NCBI GenBank assembly: GCA_048013815.1
Contig: CM106585.1
Coordinates: forward strand, 18,910,001-18,974,000
Source of the DNA: Setoptus koraiensis
Lineage: Eukaryota; Animalia; Arthropoda
Reading direction: 5' to 3'
DNA length: 64,000 nucleotides
Both the position numbers and the translations under genes were made by a program. The first letter of the stretch is position 1; each line of letters opens with the position of its first letter. Below, piece after piece: positions 57,404-64,000 of this stretch. Under the pieces are notes generated by a model. That model did no database searches and was not told the DNA's origin. It saw only the letters and a program-made list of their open reading frames with translations.

Positions 57404-58904
57404 ATGAATAACAGCTCCGGATCGCGGCGAATACTATCATCAGGTAACCCCACTATGTCTGTCTACTGATAGTTGTGATCATTATGCAATCGGAATTGTA
57501 ATCAATCGTTAGATCTAATCGTTTTTAACATTCGCAACAAAAAATGCCCGTCGCATAAATATAACAACAATTAACAGGTCTCTCGTCTGGTAAAAGTACA
57601 TTCTTTGTGTTTGTCCTCGTATGTAATCTAATATTTGTTGGAATTGGCCCAAAAGATTGCGATGCCGTTGTTGTTGATGGAAAAAAGAAGGGCCCGTCGG
57701 CCCAGGAGGATCAATCTACTGAACAGGAAATGATTGATGGCTACAATACAAAATACTGCGGTATTTCAGATCCCGATTTAACACAGAATATTTTATTTGT
57801 AAATTTTGCGCGTGAGGGACAATTTCCTTGGTTGGCCTCATTCCAGATAATCAAAGCAGATAATTCAAGCTCACATTTTTGCATGGGCTCATTCATTAGT
57901 GACCGATGGATACTGAGCGCGGCGCATTGTTTTGCAGACCCGTAAGTGTTTTTGTTGTGTTTGTAACTTTTTCGTCACCACACAATGTTTAGTCGACTAA
58001 CCAACTGTTTTTCTCCCTTGAACTTGCATTTTAACGCCAGCAATTTGAAGCCCTTTTTGGAGACAAACAAAATCAAAATACAAGCGGGCTCGAGCAACGC
58101 CTACAACAAGCAAAACCAAATTTTCCACATAAAAAGAATATTCTATCATTCTCGTTTCGATCGCAGCAGTCCAGTGGGTTTCGATGTGTCCCTAGTAGAG
58201 GTAAACGAGAACGCAGTGCTAAGACCGCGCAGAGAAAACAAGATACCCTATATAAATAGTATCTGTTTGCCAATAGAGGGCAAAAAATATGCCGAGGGTC
58301 AGCACGTTAGAATTGGCGGCTGGGGCGACACACAAAGCAAAGATCCCCATTCGAAGCCGGATCAATTGTTGACAACTGATCTGTTGCTGACAAATGCCAC
58401 ACAATGCGCGGCAATATTTACGAAAAAATTGTCCAAAGTCAAGAAACAATACGAGAATTTTCACGATTTCATTTGTGCCGACTATCACGGCGAACGTGAC
58501 GCCTGCCAGGGCGACAGCGGCGGAGCCCTTCATCAGGTAACAATCAATTGAACAATTACAATTATCAGAATCTATGCTCTCTCGAAGATCGTTTACACCG
58601 ACAACTGCTTTAACGGTCGTGAGGGTGTGGACAAGTTGCATCACAAATCACTTGTATCACTAATCACTGATTCTTGTCCTAACGTTCGTCCCAATGAACG
58701 AATCGTCGCCCCGACGAGTAGTATGCCGATCAAAAAGCCGTTGTAGTGGGCATTGTGAGCTATGGATTGGGTTGCGCCACCAAAGGAGTGCCAGGTATTT
58801 ATTCGCGAACTTCGAGCTACTTGCCCTGGATAAAAGATATTACGCAACATAAGGAAAAGGCCAAGGTTCAGTTCACATTGGTCAAGCTGGGCAAGCAGCA
58901 TTAG
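57404..58904 (+). CDS. Trypsin-like S1A serine protease 1. Exons 57,404-57,443; 57,578-57,941; 58,041-58,536; 58,722-58,904 (about 360 aa).
   Basis: GQFPW, LSAAHC (His), GFDVSL (Asp), DACQGDSGG (Ser, with S1 Asp), [16 protein letters not shown]. All three GT-AG introns are phase-compatible. A hydrophobic signal/anchor segment is present. The first exon is the least certain. Confidence 0.9.
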
Positions 58905-59524
58905 TTGATGAATTGACTGCTACCATGTTTCTAGTGACAATCAGGCTGCAAATCGCTCACTGGTAGTGATAAAGGTTCAATAAAAACGCCACTCGACTGC
59001 ACCGAGCCAACAGATTAAAAGGTCTGTAATAAATCGCAGCCGAGATCATTTGTCTTTATGGGCAGACAGAGCAATACAGACAGATATATTTTTCCTTGTT
59101 TGCTTCTCAAGTTGTCGCCAGCTCGCCAGTTGGCCAGGCGGCCATTGTCCCCCCGTGCTTGGCCACATTGCAAATCTGTAAACAGATAAACGTTTGCAAA
59201 CAATTATCGTGATCTTGCAATATTTTCACTTGATTTTTTGTTGTTTTTTGTCTGCTTGCCAATAAGTCTCTCGAAAGAAGACTCAACTTCAACGTTTGTC
59301 TACTGCAAAATGTCTACGGTTTCAGGTTTCTACTGCTGGCTGTGGTTTGCGGGCAGGAATGATTGTCGAGATTTTGCTCCTTGTTTGATTGACTTCTCAA
59401 GCTAGACACACACAAGCGATTGAAATTTTTGTTTTCATTCAAACAGATTGGTCTAACTCGGGGGCTAGCCTGTCTCATTGGTGGTGTCTCTTCGTCAGTC
59501 GGGTCGAGCGCCAACCACGAACAA

Positions 59525-61042
59525 ATGAGAAGAATATCCAATCAAATGAGCGACAACATGACAAAATTCTACAGAGCAATCACAACTCCGGATAGAAACG
59601 GTGACAACAATTATGGAGATCGTCTTGTATTGGCAGTCATAGTGAGCAGCTTTGTTGTTGTTTCGCTGCAGCTTTATTTTGTCGAGTCTGTTGTGGTGGA
59701 CGGAAAATTGAAGGGCCCTTCGGCTATGGAAAATCAATCTAAGGAGGCCGAAATGATTGATTCTTTCAATACGCGTGGCTGCGGCCTGTCCGATCCGGAC
59801 ACCTACGAGATGGGCTTTGTCAACAATGCAAAACATGGCCAATTTCCTTGGATGGTGTCGTTGCAGGTAACAGATATAAAAGGCAATGGAGTTCATTTTT
59901 GTTGTGGCGCCTTCATAAGTGCCAAATGGATATTAAGTGCGGCCCATTGTTTCGCCGAGAAAATGTTTGCAAGGAGTTACTTCGCCGACGGTCTATTTAA
60001 AGTGGTGGCCGGAACACCGGACGCTTACAGTAGAACGAATGAACATTTCAAGGCAAAACGCATATATTATCATAAAAGATTTGACGGAAAACGACCAATT
60101 GGTTTTGATATTGGCCTCATAGAATTGGAAAGTCCGGCCAAACTCAACGATAAACGCCCGAAAGAACCCAATGATGGATCGTCGAAGCCACCGGGCGAGC
60201 ACATACCATTTATTAATTCAATTTGTTTGCCACTAAAAGGAAAAGAGTACAACCCAGACGAGAAGGTGCGCATTGTTGGTTGGGGCGCCTCCGAATACAA
60301 CAATACACAATCGGCCTCAAACAGTCTGTTGCATACAGATTTAAAACTGGTGAACGTAACCGAATGTGCCGAATTGTATTCCAAAAACAAAAAATTAAAA
60401 ACTGTCAGCGATCATCAGAAAAAATACAACGATCTGATGTGTGCCTCGTTTGCGGATAAACGAGACGCTTGCCAAGGTTTGTATAAGAACAACAACAATT
60501 GCGATGACGGTAGTGGAGATTTTATGCCTGAGCACGAGACCAACACTTCGCAATCGATCATCATCGAGCTTAAGCAATGGATATTCATATTAATGTCATT
60601 TTTGTTGTTCCGTACGATCGTCAAATAATTTCTGCAAACAATCGCTCTTGTAACAATCGCCTTGAAATGCGTTGTTGTCATCGAACGTCAGGCGATAGTG
60701 GAAGTTCCCTCATTGAGGTTAGTAGATGCGAGCTCTCGCAATCGTTGTTGTTGCCTTTTGACTTTATTAACGGTCCAATTATTTATTTAATCAACTTGAT
60801 ATCGAATATCGCGTCAATATTCATTTGCCAACACCGAATAGTATGCCGACAATAAGGCTGTTAGTGTGGGCATTGTCAGCTACGGTCTCGGTTGCGCAAA
60901 TCCTATTGCACCAGGAGTCTACACAAAAACTTCCGCTTACTTGGATTGGATCAGTGACATAACTAAGAAAGGCGAAAAATCCAAAATGGAGTATATTGTG
61001 TTGAAACCGAGAACTCCCGGCGATGGTCAATTCTCCGATTAA
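59525..61042 (+). CDS. Trypsin-like S1A serine protease 2. Exons about 59,525-60,476; 60,692-60,717; 60,842-61,042.
   Basis: GQFPW, LSAAHC, GFDIGL, then DACQ|GDSGSSLIE| via a 26-nt exon, then [29 protein letters not shown]. Splice phases match. The start codon is uncertain. The tail of the listed ORF (GLYKNNN... to 60,628) is intron read-through. Confidence 0.88.
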
Positions 61043-62646
61043 TGCAGGATTGCCTATCACAATTAGTGAAGTTAACAATAGGACGAATGAAATGAATTGG
61101 AAAAACTCAAAAGTTTCTATTAGTAGATAAAGAAATGTGTTATGTACTCCAATTATACAGAACAGAACGAAGCTCACCCCATCTCTATTGAACTTGAAAT
61201 ATTCATGCGTGGATACTCAAGCCAGAGGTTAGGCAGTTGGAAAAGTGACGGTTTTATCGTAAATTAGAAATGGTACTTTTCTAATCTGATGTATTATCCA
61301 TGTTTACGAGCATCATCTGACGATGGTTGCAATCTCGCAGTGAACGAGAGATAATCACTGCGATAATGTTTTCTTTTTTTTTTTCTTTTTGTTTTTTCAT
61401 TGCGATGATAAGGATGATGTGTTTCAGATTTCACCAAAAACTCTGATTTGTTCACTCGTTTCTAGTGCCACTGTTGTCAACCTTTGCAGGGGAATACTCA
61501 TGCGCTCGGTGATTTTTTTACGATTGAATCATTCGACTATTATGACACTGTCATTAAATGATTACAATCAACAACATCAGGGTACCGAAATTGTCGGCTA
61601 GAACGCAGCGCTTGCTTGTGTTGAAATCGGTGTTAGCGCCCTCAAGTGTTTGTTTCGTACTTTTTCGTGGCAGCAACAGCGACAGGTGCTGGGATTCCTT
61701 CTGAAAGCAAACGAACAAAGAGACAAAACAAAACAAAAACGAAGCGAAGATAAAAAAAAGCAAAATAAATCCAAGCCACACACAATATAGAGCGCTAACA
61801 AATCAATTTTCGACGCGACTGACACAGCGCACGTAGGGCAAAATTGAGAGCGAGTGCTCAGAGGCAGGAATGCTATAAATGAAACAACAAAAAAACATTT
61901 TGAATATTCGGAATCCGATGTTTTCAGACTTTTCAGAGATGTTTTCAGATTGGTTCAATCGATTCGAAATCAACACGACAGTACGAGTGTGTGGCGCATA
62001 GTTGAACAAATGAGATCAATTTCCATTCAGGAGCAACCGCATAGCCAAACGACCAGATTTTAGCCACTATACATAGAATTCGCTACTTCAGCCTCTAACA
62101 ATCAGCTAAATTCGCACATCGGCTGACCATGTTGCACAACAGGTAGCGCGACGACAAACATAGATAAACCAACTAACTAAAGTGAATGGAAACCTTCCAT
62201 TTATATTAATCATATTTATATTAATCAACCTATACAACACGAACAACAATAGCACACATAGCGTATCTTACATGATGGATGCACAATGTTTTTTCATTGA
62301 TTGATTTTCGTGTCTCGCTGCACTCAAAATACAGCTTGTTGCATCGAAACAGACAAACAAACATTATGATGATGATAAAATTAATAGATACCGCTGCAAG
62401 CCAACAGCAAACAACAGCAAGAAGTGCGTGAAAACAGTTAGTTAATATCATTTCGGTGTAGCTTTTTGTGTGTTTCTCTTGTTGCTCACTGAGAACAGAA
62501 GCGCAAATATTAGTCATCATTGTCTAGCTCAACAATTAGTTGACCGGTGACAGCAACAATTGATTGCAGCAACAATTGAACGAATACATAATTGCGACAG
62601 TCAATCAAGCAAACTGAAGAAATTAGCGCATCATCTGAGGGAGGCG

Positions 62647-63251
62647 ATGAAGTCGATGAAATCGTGGGCCTGTTTCAGGCCGCGAGATCCATTCAAGGGT
62701 AAAAGCAAAGAATTGGACAAGAGAATCGCCCTGTGGACGAAACAATTCAATTCAAGTTTCAAGTTGTTGCTGTTGGGCCCGGCCGGCGCCGGAAAGACAA
62801 CAATATTGAAACAAATGAAAATAATACACTTTGAAGGGTTCACCTGCGAAGAGCGACAACAAAAGGCCAAGGAAATTCGCACAAATTTGCTTGAAAGTGT
62901 CAGGGTAAGTGTAAAATGTGTGAAAATAGTAAATTGCAATTTGCCTTAATCAAGATCAACTTGACGACTAATCGAACGACTGCTACAAATACCATTGTGA
63001 TGGATGGACGCGATTAAAACATCACAGGAGCTCACATCAAGCATAATCAGATCGGGCAGTTGCATCAACTGGATGGATCCAGAGAACCAGAAGAGGCTGG
63101 ACTTTATAAATGGGCTGAATCTCGACGATACAACCTATGAATTGTATGCCGTGAAGATTTACGATTACGCCAAACGGATCCTCACCGACAGAGGGGTCGA
63201 AGAACATTTCGCCAAATTGAATCAACTGTCGTTGACGCACAGATCTAAATA
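62647..63251 (+). CDS. Heterotrimeric G protein alpha subunit, divergent Gs/Gf class; first two exons only (62,647-62,904 and 63,028-63,251)
   Basis: KLLLLGPAGAGKTTILKQMKIIHFEGF (G1 region). The spliced junction NLLESVR|ELTSSII...DPENQKRLDFI resembles the Gs helical domain (PENQ motif). Donors GTAAGT and GTGAGT. Later exons were not found in the window. Confidence 0.85.
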
Positions 63252-63573
63252 GTGAGTATCAAAATAGTGCTCTGTTGTCGTGTAGAAATCTGCAAATCTC
63301 TAGCGCCGCCACTGGAGATTTACAGCCGAATTTCGATTGACACGCCCGAATTTCGGTCACTCGGAGCTCGTTGTTGCGGCAGCGGCTCTCGACGGAGCCC
63401 ATTCAGATGTGCTAATTTATTTTCGCGCTCCATTGCGATTCTTGCATTCGCGCTCATGGCGCCCTGTCGAAAAATTCGGAGAGTGGCCCAATTGAAAAAG
63501 TCTGTCAAAGCGTTGTGAGTGCGTGTGAAAAACATCTATTATTACATAATTTGCTTTACCTTGGTCGATATCA

Positions 63574-63758
63574 GTATTTCGTATCATTTCGCGTCATTTC
63601 GTGCGATTTCGCGTCATTTCGTGTGATTTCGTGTGATTTCGCGTGACTTTGCGTCAATTCGTGCGATTTTGCGTGATTTCGTGTGATTTTGCGTGATTTC
63701 GTGTGATTTTGCATTAGTTCGTGCAATTTCCCGTCATCCCGCGTCACCCCGCGTCATC
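63574..63758. repeat. Degenerate tandem array, about 18 x 10-bp GYGTSATTTY
   Basis: gcgtcatttc, gtgtgatttc and gcgtgatttc units. Confidence 0.9.
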
Positions 63759-63785
63759 GTCATTTGCAACCGCAAACTGTTGCTC

Positions 63786-63998
63786 CTACCAGCCGGTGGG
63801 TGTTGGTGCCACAGCGGGCGCGGCTGAGATTGCCGCGGGCGTGGTGTACGATCCGGTCATCTGCATGAGAGCATTGACCATCACCGGTAGCACTTGCTTG
63901 AGAATCGATTGCATAATGGCCACACTTGGTCCCACAGCGGCCGTTCCAGTGAACAGTGTCACCATGATCATTATGAGAGTGACCACAATTTGTTGCAT
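63786..63998 (-). CDS. Small putative secreted protein (70 aa), possibly cuticular-protein-like
   Basis: ATG start, hydrophobic N-terminus ending TGTAA (signal-peptide-like) and an AAPAVAP motif near the end. It lies at the window edge; no homologue recognised. Confidence 0.45.
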   Translation of the reverse strand: MQQIVVTLIMIMVTLFTGTAAVGPSVAIMQSILKQVLPVMVNALMQMTGSYTTPAAISAAPAVAPTPTGW

Positions 63999-64000
63999 TT

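Noticed and set aside
63320-63535. 71-aa minus-strand ORF as a second exon of the 63,786-63,998 ORF
   Set aside because: I found no phase-compatible donor/acceptor pair and no recognisable homology.
1-64000. rRNA, tRNA, conserved arthropod miRNAs, and transposase or reverse transcriptase genes
   Set aside because: None recognised by eye; covariance-model and profile searches were not run.

Overview
Eukaryotic DNA from an arthropod, most likely a mite with a compact, intron-poor genome (inferred from the gene content and the 99-214 bp introns; species not determined). From left to right: (1) About 1-8.5 kb is GC-rich, apparently non-coding and full of short tandem arrays (many with 10-bp units) plus a recurring palindromic motif. 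(2) Two tandem minus-strand copies of a Dop1R2-type (invertebrate D1-like) dopamine receptor. Copy B (47,114-51,985) is intact, with a third intracellular loop of roughly 1,100 aa. Copy A (about 10,483-44,712) has its middle, about 3.4 kb by comparison with B, replaced by about 31 kb of two-letter sequence: about 30 kb of A/G, then about 0.7 kb of C/T. (3) Two tandem trypsin-family serine proteases that lack the IVGG activation motif, with a possible relic third copy upstream. (4) The 5' exons of a divergent Gs/Gf-class G-alpha gene with an atypical P-loop, followed by a small antisense ORF resembling a secreted protein. The three ORFs of about 10,000 aa are by-products of stop-free two-letter DNA. 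The A/G block is the most striking object in the window. Internal evidence (progressive decay of real receptor sequence into it, and purine polarity pointing inward from both flanks) favours a long-read or gap-filling artefact. It would be extraordinary if independent molecules confirmed it.
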